35,858 bases of DNA from Trichomonas gallinae (taxonomy: Eukaryota), in assembly GCA_008369845.1 (NCBI GenBank), contig MRSU01010298.1, positions 1 through 35,858 on the forward strand, given 5' to 3'. Position 1 is the first letter of the stretch. Every line of letters begins with the position of its first letter. The notes under the pieces were generated by a model. That model was not told the DNA's origin and searched no databases. It saw only the letters and a program-made list of their open reading frames with translations. A program made the translations under genes and the position numbers. Of the stretch, positions 9,996 to 21,426 are shown one piece after another.

Positions 9996-10935
9996 TTGAG
10001 AAACTCTGAATTTAATTAGGAACAAATATTATGCATAATAATGCCTGTTATCATGCGATATGCAGTCGAAATATATAATTCACTTAATACTATCAATTCG
10101 AACGTTCATGAAATTTTTGAGTGGGAATAAATTTTTAGTGCCATTGCTTTAATTGCAGACATTTGTTGCGAATTTACTGAATTGCCAACTAAAATAACTA
10201 TCCAAAAAGTGACTGTTTTTTTGAATGGCGATTGAAATTGCAATGATATCAGCATTGATGTTGCATTTAATATTTTCGATAAATTATTTGTCATAAAATA
10301 CGATAGAAAAACAATAACGTGTATGGCGAGATATCCTGTTCGATGAGGTCATTTTGAACAATCATTTTTATGAATGAAAAATTGAGATCTATTCAATACT
10401 TGTACATTGAATTTCTCAGAAAGTTAATTAAAAAGAAAAACAAAGTTATGGTTAAAAATTCTTTTCTTTCATGTCTGGTATAGGATTAAATATTTTGATT
10501 TTTGTTTGACTTCAATATTTTTGTCAAGTACTGATCAAGTGCTAACGTTCATCAAGCGTTTAAATCTGATTTAACGATATTGAACAGGATTATGCATTGT
10601 TGGTCAATTCGTTGGATATCGTTCAGAATTTTGTATAGTGATATTTTTTATTTGGTCATGCTCTTTTTGAAAAAGATCGTATTCGAACAGTATACTGTTT
10701 GGAAATATCGAAAAATGCTAAAAATCTAAAAATTAATTTGAGTGGGTAGATCTCAGAACCTAAATTGCTAGCACGTAATAAATACATATGTAATTCTTAT
10801 TGATATACTGTCATGAACGTAATGTTTATTAATAAATTCTTAAATCCTATATAAATAATACGAAATGTTGTTTGACGCTAATTACGTTCGCCGCTTATCA
10901 AATTACGTTCCAAAGATACGTCCGAACTGCGACTC

Positions 10936-11005
10936 ATGACACCTTTGTATACATGCTGCTGTCGACTGCCATGATTGTAACCTTGATGCTTTAAATTTCA
11001 TATGA
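10936..11005 (+). pseudogene. Decayed ankyrin-repeat fragment
   Basis: ATG ACA CCT TTG (t) ATA CAT GCT GCT GTC GAC TGC CAT reads MTPL-IHAAVDCH after removing one base, matching ankyrin TPLxxAAxxGH. Locally GC-richer. Confidence 0.4.
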
Positions 11006-12098
11006 TTATGTCTTTTGCAAATTTGGATTATTCATTTGTATTGGTTCTCTAAACACTAACCTTTGCATTATCTTCTGTATCACAAATCAAAATAATTTTT
11101 GAAAAAAATATCAACCTAAATAAATGCATAGAATGTTTCTATATAGATTTTAATACTATGTAACAATGTTACATCAATTATATGGCATTAAATGATATTT
11201 TTTATCAAAATTGTTTGTAAAAACCATCATCATATTGAATTATGTTAATACATCTAGGGGTAATTATGATAATGATATTATCTCTTTTTCAAATTCAATT
11301 TCAATTGATTTTCTGTGATGTTGAATGCTGTACGCTATATCTAAGCAAAGTGTTCGTCATTCACATTCATGTTTAATCATAAATCGGTTAAAATATTGAT
11401 GTTTTTTTTATAACCAGGAAAATTATAAGAAATCTGATTGTTATATTTAATAAACATTAAAATTACCCAGTTCCCAAATGGAAAATTTGAACAAATTTGA
11501 AATGACACCTGCAAATTTCAAATTAGCCACTAAAAGCAATGAAGTAATCACTTCAATATCGCATTCGATGTTTATGAAGCACTAGGATCTTCATCGTCAC
11601 TAAAAACGGATAAGTTTGATAACTGTGAAACATTGGAACAGCAATGGCAGAAAATAGATTCAGTGATGTGTTGTTTGCATTAATTCCGAAGATGGATGCA
11701 TCTAGAATAAGTTTTATAAATCAATAGTGAATGTGGATGATTGATCAGATAATCGTTCTTGAAAAATATAAAACTGTTGGTTTTATTGGTTCACAATTAT
11801 ATTTTTACAAATAGTATGTTTTAATTCAGAAATACGAAGGCTTATAATCCATTTTTAATGCGATCTCGGATTCAAAGAACTAAAATATAATCATCTGAGA
11901 ATATTCTTTGCATCAAATGGAATATATAGTGTATAAATATGTAATATATATAGTAAAATAGTGTTATTTATTGATAAAATGTGATTCTGGAAAAATATTT
12001 TCGATAAAAAAACATCTATGTTTAATAAAACAGGTTAATTCGCCAATTTCAAACTTATACAATATTGAAATAGCGATAAAACAAAAGAAAAATAATAT

Positions 12099-12695
12099 TC
12101 AAAGTTGATCGAGTGTGAGTTCGTTGAAAAAAGTCTGCACATCTCCAAGCTTTCCTTTTTCTTTTGGTTTGGCTTTGATGGCAAGCCTGGTTTGTCGATA
12201 AGGTCCTAAATTATTTAGAAAATTCAAATCAGTTCGAGAAGCGCCGCAGCTTCGGCATTTGCTTGACTCCAGCCATCTTTCGCGCGTAAGCTTCCTTTGC
12301 GCTGAAACGGCACCTTTTTCGACAATTACAATTCTTGTGTTTGCTTTAAGCTTGTATTCATCTAGCGTATGGTCATCCTTCATTGTGCCATTCTTGCATA
12401 CTATGTTGTAATTGAAAATCTCGAGTTTTGAAACTTGTTGAATCCGATTTTTGAGGTCTTGAACAGTTTCTTTTATATAGAAATCGACCTCGAAGGATGG
12501 ATTATCTAGGAAGTGCACTAATAATTTACCAGTAGGTGGTTTATTATATTTCCGTCGATATTGATCCACATTTGGCATCGGATTCTCAAATTGAGCAGTA
12601 AAGCTCTTAAAATCGGTCGTGGGAGCTTTGTCATGACGCAGATTGGCCATCGACATAAAAATTCTTATGCCGCGGTCTGAATTTCCAAGCTGCAT
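12099..12695 (-). CDS. Protein with a central ubiquitin-like domain
   Basis: LLVHFLDNPSFEVDFYIKETVQDLKNRIQ...IVCKNGTMKDDHTLDEYKLKANTRIVIV follows the ubiquitin pattern. No C-terminal GG. ATG at 12695. Confidence 0.88.
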   Translation of the reverse strand: MQLGNSDRGIRIFMSMANLRHDKAPTTDFKSFTAQFENPMPNVDQYRRKYNKPPTGKLLVHFLDNPSFEVDFYIKETVQDLKNRIQQVSKLEIFNYNIVCKNGTMKDDHTLDEYKLKANTRIVIVEKGAVSAQRKLTRERWLESSKCRSCGASRTDLNFLNNLGPYRQTRLAIKAKPKEKGKLGDVQTFFNELTLDQL

Positions 12696-13323
12696 GTTTT
12701 TGTAATTGAAAAGTCACTGAAAAAATTTTCAGAAAAAAAATATATTCTATTAACATCTCCTTAATTAGCTGTTTTTCCCGAAAATTTCTTAAAAACGTAT
12801 TTTACACATCAAATTCTATGTTTACATGGCAGAAAATCTGCCAAAGATATATTTTTATTGTTTACAGGTCTAAAATCATATGATATGATAGTATCTTGAC
12901 CTAGTTCATCGTGTTTATATGCTAAAAATTAATCAAAATAAATTAGCATATGGATAAAATAATTAAGATAATGGAACCACATTAACCACAATTTTGTCAT
13001 ATCGGAAGTTATGTTTATTTTTATCTGTAGCGCATGATAATTCGAATTCTATGAATTCATGCATTATGGAACAATTGCCAAATTAAGTATTGTTTTTTGT
13101 TTTTATTACGAATATTATTGCTATAATGTATATTGTCGAATATTGAACTATATTTGATCACCGCTGAATTCGTTTTTAATTTGAACTTTACTGATGTCTA
13201 ATCATTATAAAAAGTAAGTATTTAAAGCGATTAAATATATAAAGAGCGACTACATGACGGGTGTTGAAATTTTACTAACGAGAAACCTTGCTTTACTAAA
13301 AACAAAAAGTTTTGACATCAATG

Positions 13324-13508
13324 TATAAAAGTGACATATGAGAATTCATACTGCCAATCTTCGATAGAGATGAATTGACCAATCGTCTCGGGAATTTTGC
13401 TAAAATGACGTATACAATGTAATACACATATTTTAATGTTCTGGTTGTTTTTATAAAATATAAAAGTGACGCTGTGAATTCGCACGGCTAATCCATATTT
13501 GAGATGAA
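13324..13508 (+). repeat. Duplicated promoter module of about 50 bp (135-bp spacing) upstream of a Myb gene, each copy containing AAAGTGAC
   Basis: TATAAAAGTGAC...GAATTC...C.GC.AATC...GAGATGAA at 13324-13374 and 13459-13508. Confidence 0.8.
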
Positions 13509-13547
13509 AATTTTGGGTACTTCACAGGTCATTATCACAAACAGATC

Positions 13548-14048
13548 ATGTACAAACGCATCCACCCTAACAACAAGTTCACACCAAGCGAAGATGAGAA
13601 GCTTAGATCAATTGTTGAATCCAATGGTACTACCATGAGTTGGAAAGCTATTTCTAAAATGATGCCCGGGAGAAATGCAAGACAATGCAAGGATAGATGG
13701 GAGAAGTTCTTGAGTCCTGAACTCATTGTAGCACCATTTACACTAGAAGAAGATATCCAAATTTTAAAATTATATAATGAAATTGGATCTAAATGGGTGC
13801 AAATCTCAAAGTTAATGAAAGGTAGATCTGATACATCTATTAAATCTAGATTTCAGTTACTCCAAAGACATAATGAAACTTTGGAATCATTAATAGAGAA
13901 GAAGACAGATGGCACTGCTAAAATAGAAAATGTTTCCACCAATAGCTTAGTTAGTCAGCTTAGTGTGACGTCTCTAGATGAATTTACCGATTTTGATGCT
14001 TTTGATGAAGCATTTAGCAGTTTCGAAGTTGGATTTGATGTATTTTAA
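13548..14048 (+). CDS. R2R3 Myb-like DNA-binding protein
   Basis: FTPSEDEKL...SWKAIS..MPGRNARQCKDRWEKFLSP and FTLEED...GSKWVQIS...GRSDTSIKSR, followed by an acidic/Phe tail. Inr-like TCATT at 13529. Confidence 0.95.
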   Translation: MYKRIHPNNKFTPSEDEKLRSIVESNGTTMSWKAISKMMPGRNARQCKDRWEKFLSPELIVAPFTLEEDIQILKLYNEIGSKWVQISKLMKGRSDTSIKSRFQLLQRHNETLESLIEKKTDGTAKIENVSTNSLVSQLSVTSLDEFTDFDAFDEAFSSFEVGFDVF

Positions 14049-15197
14049 CATGTAATAAATATATATAATACAATTAGAGCAAATATTAAGTTTTTTTAAA
14101 TTTTTTTGATAAATTTACTGATTTTGTTAACTATTATGTAAATTGCACCAATAAATATAAATATATTATTTAACATCTATTTGATCATGCTTATAATAAT
14201 ATGATCTACGCTTAGAAATTGGAGAATAGAGATATAAAATGGTGATCATATCATTATTGATAGAATTTGACAGTAATTTTGAATAATAATCATAAAATTA
14301 TATAAATTTGAAATGCTTTTTTGTATGGTTCCCATTAGAAGAAAAATAATAAAAAAGTCATTAATGACAAAATTATGCCATATGTATTGTGAAATAGTCA
14401 TAATATTTGTTAGCTATTTGATATTATAATAGGAGATACATGATTTAAAGTTTCTTATCTAATCGATAAAAAAAATTTACCATCTAAACTCTTTTTACAA
14501 ATCATTGAACTGCATTCTTCTACTGAAATCTATTTTGCTTCCGTAAAGATACGAAATTATAAAAATGATAAAAATCAAGATTAATCAGATATTTACGCAA
14601 TGAACTGTTTTGATAAAAAAGATTTTAATGGATGATAGGCATAGGACGTATTTATAAATATCATAAACAATTGAAATTTGGTGAATATCTATGCAAAAAA
14701 TTGAAATCATAAATACTGTTATATTGCAAGTAATGCATCTATTTTCGAACAATGTGCTTGAGTAATAACGAATATCTCAGAAAATTCGCCACACTTAATA
14801 GTTTGCATAACGATAATATTTTTATGATACTCTGTCTGACAGCTATACAACTATACAATTAGCTTTATAAGGAAATCTAAAGCACGTTAATATATTGGAA
14901 AACGTGCTTCCTGTCAAATGTTTATAATTTGAATAGATGCACGTTTAACGGTTCTGATCATCCTACGAAGTATTTTGCAGCATATTATGGGGCTATTAAT
15001 AATTTTCGATTAAAATAAATCTTTGTAAAGAAGAGACTTTATACAGTTTAAAGTTATGAAATTTTTTACATTGAAAATTATATCCGATTTTTAAGCGATT
15101 ATCATACCTATATATAATTATTGACATTATTACTCGAACGTGCTTTTTATGTCAGTGTAAACATTTTTTTGAGGGCAGTTATTTCAAAAAAACAAAA

Positions 15198-16106
15198 ATG
15201 GCGATGAACGCACGTGACGAAAGCTACATGAAGCTCAAGGGGTATCAGGTTCAGTCCCTGCTCGGAGTATCTATGAATGGAGCTGTGTATCTTATATACA
15301 ATCCTCAGTATTCTAAGTACTTCGCATTAAAATCTATCTTGTTTTCTCGCTTTAGACAGAACGAATTCGAGGCAATCAAGGAGATTGATGACTCTTCGTT
15401 CATTGGTGTATATAACTATGATTACTTCGAAGGATCTGTCTATCTTTTGATGGAATTTTGTCCTAATTCACTCGAAAAACTACTTAGATCCTATCATTCA
15501 CTTCCTAACGATATGCTATACAAGTATTCGCTTGGACTACTTAGATCTCTTCGTGTCTGCCACTCCAGAAACCTTCCACATCTGGATTTGAAGCCATCAA
15601 ATTTCTTAATTGATGATTATGACAGAACTAAGCTTTGTGACTTCGGCTTTAACTTCAAATTGATCCAGCAAGCATATACACAAGAGAGCCAAAGCTTTTC
15701 TCCATACATTGCACCTGAATTATACACACAGACTGAATTTGATCCATTTAAGGCTGATATTTGGTCTGTAGGTATGATTCTATATGTCATGGCCACAGGA
15801 ACATACCCATGGAGCGCTTATTCATTGAAAGATTTCTTGAGCCAAGTTTATAATACTGCTCCAAATACAGACTTGGTCATCAACTCAGAGCTCGCTGTCA
15901 TCATCAGAGGCTGTCTTTCGCTGGACCCTAAAGAAAGACCAACAATCGACCAATTGTTGAATCAGTCAATTTTCCGCATGAATGTGACGTCAGTCAAGCA
16001 GATAAAGCAGAGGGCAAGTGTTATAGTAGTAGGAAAGCTTCGCACTAGAAACACTTCTAATATTATTCAACCAAAAACGAAAAGAATCAACTTATTGCAT
16101 ATCTGA
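15198..16106 (+). CDS. Ser/Thr protein kinase (CAMK-like group, non-RD)
   Basis: FALK, HLDLKPSN, KLCDFG, YIAPE, KADIWSVG and DPKERPT. Degenerate Gly loop (GVSMNG). Confidence 0.95.
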   Translation: MAMNARDESYMKLKGYQVQSLLGVSMNGAVYLIYNPQYSKYFALKSILFSRFRQNEFEAIKEIDDSSFIGVYNYDYFEGSVYLLMEFCPNSLEKLLRSYHSLPNDMLYKYSLGLLRSLRVCHSRNLPHLDLKPSNFLIDDYDRTKLCDFGFNFKLIQQAYTQESQSFSPYIAPELYTQTEFDPFKADIWSVGMILYVMATGTYPWSAYSLKDFLSQVYNTAPNTDLVINSELAVIIRGCLSLDPKERPTIDQLLNQSIFRMNVTSVKQIKQRASVIVVGKLRTRNTSNIIQPKTKRINLLHI

Positions 16107-16499
16107 TTATGATTTTATCTTGTAATCCTAAATTGTTTGTTATTTCTTTATATAACACTTTCATTCTATCAATCTTGACTTTCAATAAATTTTGGTTTTG
16201 CAACGTTAAGATTTGTCTGTTTATAATAATATATTTTATGTAGTAGATCTCAAAATTCGTGTCACAGAAGCTCAAAAACAAGAATAATATTATTGATACT
16301 TTAGAAAAAAATGTTTAGAGGTTTTCGGAATGAAAAATCTGATTTATAACAATGTTCTTTTGTTGGTTTCAAATGTGATTATCAATATAATCAATCTCAA
16401 GAAAAAATGAGTGATGAAAATCATAATAAAATCATTTAAAAACAATACATATATAAACAATTCGATCTATAAAAATACATAGTGTCTACCTTTTCGTTT

Positions 16500-17243
16500 T
16501 TAGCGGCTTTCTTTTACTTGAAAGCTGAGATATTCGAACTTTCTTGCTTTGATCGTATTAACAGGATTTGTGTGAGTACGATTTAGTAAAGTGGCGAGAT
16601 TATTTAAATCTATTTCATCAGCCTTCATGTGATCCAAAGGATTAATAAAATATTCTGAAGACAATGTATATTCTGACTGTCTTTCGCCTTTTCTTATAAT
16701 TTTGGCAATTTCAAGGATAGCAGCCGCTTGATACAGCTTGCATTTGATTGCTTTAACTTTTTCTGAATTTCTTCCTAAAAATACCGAAGCTTCAGAAAGA
16801 TTAAGCGTCCTCGTATTCATTGAGATGTAGAGAAGCATAAGATTCTCTGTCATAATGTGTAGAGAGATTACTTCTGAAGAATTAAAGAAAATATCTTCCA
16901 AAGTGAATTCAGGAGAAAAAACGCCGCGTGTGACTGCAATTCTGGTCACTGTTTGTTTTATCTGCTCGAATCCGATCCAAACGAAGTTGTCAAAATCAAT
17001 TTTTGGAGAAACACCAAGAGCTTCGAATACACTAATTACCTCATAGATCCTACGCTGCTTGAATCCCAGTAGATTTGACATCGAAGTTATATTATACTTA
17101 TTATCAATGTTTTTTTCGCAATAATTAATGAACATTTTTGTGGAGTTTTTAAACGAGGAATTGGATTTGAGATCACTTGCTAGGTTGTCCAGGTTGTGAA
17201 ATGCCAGTGTCTCATCGATTGAAGGCATAAGATCCAATGACAT
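16500..17243 (-). CDS. E2F/DP-family winged-helix transcription factor, probably atypical with two DNA-binding domains
   Basis: LGFKQRRIYEVISVFEALGV...FVWIG matches E2F RRxYDxxNVLE. A second degenerate copy reads LNLSEAS..L....KCKLYQAAAILEIAKIIRK. Likely ATG at 17243 (MSLDLMP); the track extension to 17345 looks like AT-rich UTR/promoter. Confidence 0.8.
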   Translation of the reverse strand: MSLDLMPSIDETLAFHNLDNLASDLKSNSSFKNSTKMFINYCEKNIDNKYNITSMSNLLGFKQRRIYEVISVFEALGVSPKIDFDNFVWIGFEQIKQTVTRIAVTRGVFSPEFTLEDIFFNSSEVISLHIMTENLMLLYISMNTRTLNLSEASVFLGRNSEKVKAIKCKLYQAAAILEIAKIIRKGERQSEYTLSSEYFINPLDHMKADEIDLNNLATLLNRTHTNPVNTIKARKFEYLSFQVKESR

Positions 17244-18363
17244 CACTTCGAATATAATAAAAAAAACTGCAGAAAGATAAGAAAAGATTGAATGGAAAAT
17301 TTCATTTTCAAAATATTTTTGACCTTCATTATATATGTGTTTCATTTTTTAAAGAAAAAAAATATTGTAAAAATTTAACAATCTGCTGTACTCCTTTAGA
17401 GAAAGAATATATTTAATATCTTCGAATTTATTACTTCTGATCGCTTCAAAAATTGAAGTAAAATTTTATTGATTTGTGAAGATTATTTCTTGTATAAATA
17501 TTCGTAATCAACTACTGTCATATATGATTTTGGCGAAATAAAAAAAATATTTGCAAAATATATTCATAAACATGAATACGAATAAATGTCTCTTCGTAAT
17601 TATTAGTTCTTTTGTGAGAAATTCAAAATATATCCATTTTTGAAAACATCTTTTCAAAGAACATAAAAAAAGAATTACGAAAATAAATGTCATTTTAATA
17701 CCCATTGTATATACAACAAAAAACATTTGAGTTGATTTTTATAGGCAATTCGATTTGAATATGTCACTCAATGATTTGTTCCTTCGTTAATGCACTATAG
17801 ATGGCATATAATAATTTATTCAAATACAATATATATGATAAAAAATGTTCAAAAATGGAAAATTATTTTAAATTTATATGGAGATAATCGTAAGGATTGC
17901 ATGATTTAGTTTTTAAATGTTTTTAGATTCAAATTAAACAGTGAAATCTGATTGTTATTGGTCCACCAAAATGTATCGAAAATAAACACTCTTCATAGTC
18001 TGTTATCATACGTTACAGCAACCGAAGATTTGTTTATTTGAGTTGCCAGTAAAATCTCTTTTTTTGAGGGGGATTCGAGAATTATTGGCTCATTCGAATA
18101 TAATTCTATATATTCTAGTAACCTAATAGACATGATGCAAAATAACTATGTTTCCTAGCAAAAATAATGTCTTTTGGATGTTGACAATTAAATTCTTCTC
18201 TGGAAAATCATCTTCTTTTCCTCAATACTTAATTGTAGTCCATAGGTGGGAATAATACTAGATTTGTAGAGAATGGTTAGAAAGGAATAAACAAAGAAAA
18301 TATTAATTTTGAAATCGAAAAGAAAATTCATAAACAAAGTATCAAATTTATAAAATAAACAGG

Positions 18364-19263
18364 TTATTGTCTGTACTTTTGGGCGACATAGCGCTTAAGC
18401 TTACGAAGTTTTTCGTCGGTTTCATATTCGATTGTGGCTGGAGTCCTTCTCATGTCACGGTACTGCCTCTGCTGGAAAGAACTGCGTCCTGGTGATGATC
18501 CTCTTGAGTGAATACTTCCTTGAGAATTCATGCTACCTTTTGAGCGAGTACTTCCGCGTGAGACGCTGCTATTACGAGAGGAAGCAGATGTAACTGATCC
18601 TGCGCGTTGTGGGCGTGGTTTTGTCTGTGTCTGTGGCTTTGTTCGAGAAGAATATTGAAGTTCGTTCTGTAAGCGTTGAATTATGGCTTTTAACTCATTG
18701 ATTTCTGCGTTTTTCTCGTTTTCAAGCATTACATATGCTTGGTTGAGCTCATTAAGCTCAGCCTGAAGGAATTGAATTTGTTCTTGTCCGGTATGCGACC
18801 TAAGTTGTGCATTTTCGTGTCTAAGGTTTTTGATTATTTCACCATACTCGCTGGAAGTTAAAGGATTTTGATTCAAAGATAACGGAAAACTAATTTTTTC
18901 GAATTCTGTAGTTTGGGTAAGAATAATGTAACGTTTATCTTCTTTTGTAGTTGGTTTGTGGTTTGGATTTAGTTTTGTCTTGAGAGAATTGACGTCTGCC
19001 GTAGATAAAACATCAAACGAGATTTCGTTTGAAGTTCCTTCGATTGCTGTCTGCATCATGCGCCAGAACACAGAGATACGCTTTTCCGTGCCGACCTTTT
19101 TCGACATCTCTTTGAGAATCTGTGTATTGATTTCTGAAGACCATCTTTCCCATGTATCTTCGTCAAGCAATTCGACAATAAAGGATTTTGAGGTTCTGGT
19201 TTCAATGGCAATCTTGTAATTATGATCCCTTATATTGAAAACTGCCTCTATTCTATCTTGCAT
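18364..19263 (-). CDS. CCDC61: CCDC61/VFL3-like basal-body protein (SAS-6/XRCC4-type head, coiled coil, S/R-rich tail)
   Basis: VELLDEDTWERWSSEI....KEMSKKVGTEKRISVFWRMMQTAI...ISFDVLSTADVNSLK...KRYIILTQTTEFEKISFPLSL aligns with the recalled CCDC61 head (W.GEF..IEDLTHKTGNFK.F..F..ML..A..LDLLT..DLE.LR..KRYLILIY.VEFDRIHYPLPL). Confidence 0.88.
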   Translation of the reverse strand: MQDRIEAVFNIRDHNYKIAIETRTSKSFIVELLDEDTWERWSSEINTQILKEMSKKVGTEKRISVFWRMMQTAIEGTSNEISFDVLSTADVNSLKTKLNPNHKPTTKEDKRYIILTQTTEFEKISFPLSLNQNPLTSSEYGEIIKNLRHENAQLRSHTGQEQIQFLQAELNELNQAYVMLENEKNAEINELKAIIQRLQNELQYSSRTKPQTQTKPRPQRAGSVTSASSRNSSVSRGSTRSKGSMNSQGSIHSRGSSPGRSSFQQRQYRDMRRTPATIEYETDEKLRKLKRYVAQKYRQ

Positions 19264-19291
19264 CTGTTTTTATTCAAATTTTTATAGATTT

Positions 19292-19401
19292 TGTCACGTA
19301 AAACGAATTTTGTCGTGTAACACTAGAAACTGTCATGTAAATATTTAATATGTTATGTAAAAATAATATTTTGTCGTGTAAATATATAAATTGTCATGTA
19401 A
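19292..19401. repeat. Array of six TGTYRYGTAA motifs at 19-21 bp period with variable AT-rich spacers
   Basis: TGTCACGTAA 19292, TGTCGTGTAA 19311, TGTCATGTAA 19331, TGTTATGTAA 19351, TGTCGTGTAA 19372, TGTCATGTAA 19392. Confidence 0.92.
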
Positions 19402-19420
19402 ATATCAAAAATTGATCAAA

Positions 19421-19611
19421 CGTCTTTTGGTGAGGTTTCACCGAATACGAAGATCTCTCGGTTTTGGAGCAGCTAGAGCATGCTGATTCGGTATGTGTCT
19501 ACGGCTCGCCAAAATCTTCAGAAAATTCATTCGTTATCGACACGATTTCACACTAAGCTATTTTGATAGCAGCAATCTGATCAGATTGTCATAGCTAGGA
19601 GATTCTGCTAT
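19421..19611 (+). ncRNA. Candidate structured non-coding element (three hairpins), family unassigned
   Basis: GC-richer island with no useful ORF. Hairpins found by eye at 19421-19449, 19449-19519 (apical stem uses three G-U pairs on the + strand) and 19566-19611. Confidence 0.3.
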
Positions 19612-20479
19612 TTCAAACTGTTCATTTCTAAAATTAATTTTCCTTTCCAAAATCTTAGCCGAATTCTCAAGAAATGCTTTGAACATAAGAATATCTACAA
19701 CTAACTAAGTACAAATTGAACATGATTCAATGAAATTTTTCCTTTGATATCGAATTTGATTATATGCCTAAAAAATCGCCGTTTTTCTGAAGTTTTCGAT
19801 CAATATTCCATTATTACTAACAATCCAGATGCAAAATTTAAAATCGAAATTTTCTCTGGATAATTTGGCCTTATAGCGAACAATTATAGGGTCTTTCATT
19901 CAATTGTACTGAATAAAAACTATTTTCTTACATTTTATTTGTCTATATCATTTCTGTAACGAGGTATGTGGAAATATTTTGCTATATTATATAAAAATGG
20001 CTATTCTTCGGTTAATATTCATTATTGTGGTCTATTATGTAATATAAAGGCTTATTTAAAATTTCGATTTTTTGATTTTAAGAATAAATAAAGATAAAAA
20101 AAGTACAAAATTCACAAGATAATTTTGATTTTTCTAAAAAGTATTAAAATAGCTCATAAAGATTTGAATTTCTAGCCTTGACTAACAAAGATAGAGGTCA
20201 TTCTCTTGCGTTGTTATCGATGAAATGGCATCCTCGATGTTCTACAAGATTGGAAATCTTATCATCTGCTTGGAAATATACACGACATTTATGATAGCGT
20301 TTAATTTACAGAATCCTTCTTCAGTTTAATATACTTCAGACGAAAATATTTCAGTTAACCCTCAGAATGATCGTTACTATCATTGATAAAATTCAAATTT
20401 TTACAATTCGGTATCAATCAACTCACAAACATCTACATTCTCTTAATATGCGACAAAAAGGTTTACTTGCCGAAACTTG

Positions 20480-20870
20480 GCTCTTTTCAGATAAAATATT
20501 ATTTTATTCCAAAATTAAGGAAGAAATGTAAATCAATGGCAACAAAATACGTACTGTATTACGTTGCACGCTTCTAAAAGCAAATGGATTTGATCTTCGG
20601 TGCACACTTCGATATTCTTGAATTTTTATCTGAAGTACCGATAATAATGCCCTTACAACCCGTATTAAATCGCTGAATATAAGCCTTTTACATATAAAAT
20701 TTCTCGTTTTATCTCGGCATTTTGTAAAATATTTTAACTTTTTTCATTTTGAGTAGCTTGGATTACTAATATATGGCTTAATTGGTACATTGACGGAATT
20801 TTTGGTTGAAGTCGTTCGATTTTCAGGTAAAGAATTTAAATAAAATGAGAAATACCGTCTTGATAGTTTG
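20480..20870 (+). pseudogene. Heavily decayed ankyrin-repeat gene remnant
   Basis: Fragments GSFQIKYYF...KYVLYYVARF*, HFDILEFLSEVP, YGLIGTLTEFLVE and NKMRNTVLIV, separated by stops and frameshifts. Confidence 0.45.
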
Positions 20871-21426
20871 GTAGTAGGTTAGCAAGTGGCAGCTGAGCAA
20901 TTAAAAGTTATGGTTTGCGGTGACTTTGTGTGATGAATTTGTTGATAAACGTATTTTTGTTCTTTTGATCGGATCTATCTACTTGCTATATCCAAGCTAT
21001 CGAATATCCAAAAGTAAAAGACTTTACTATAACCAATTTCTCGATGGGAAATAAAACGAAGCAAAGATCGATAAAATTGTCAGGTTTAAAAGGTGACAAA
21101 ATAATGCACTAGTTGTAACGATTTTTAAACATTGGGAATCGCATCAAAAGTAAAGTAAATCCACACTCACCAGATTCATTTTACTGCAACCGACAGGCTT
21201 TTAGCCTAAATAAGCTTTTATTCCAATTACAATTATAATTATTGAGCTGGTTAATCGATTAATAGTTAATCACCTGCATAAAAAAGAGTCTACTTTGACG
21301 AATTACAGGACGAGTAACCCCAACTTCTATAATTAATCTCGGTTGGTATTTTATAAAAATGAGCGTATATGCAGTTCCATATTATAATACCCAGCAGATG
21401 ATAACTAACAAACGCTAAGTCAGTTT

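Noticed and set aside
18060..18100. CTCGAATCCCC on the minus strand resembling a tRNA T-loop
   Set aside because: No cloverleaf or acceptor stem can be formed.
19292..19401. CRISPR-like repeat-spacer appearance
   Set aside because: Repeats and spacers are only about 10 bp, the context is eukaryotic, and no cas genes are present.
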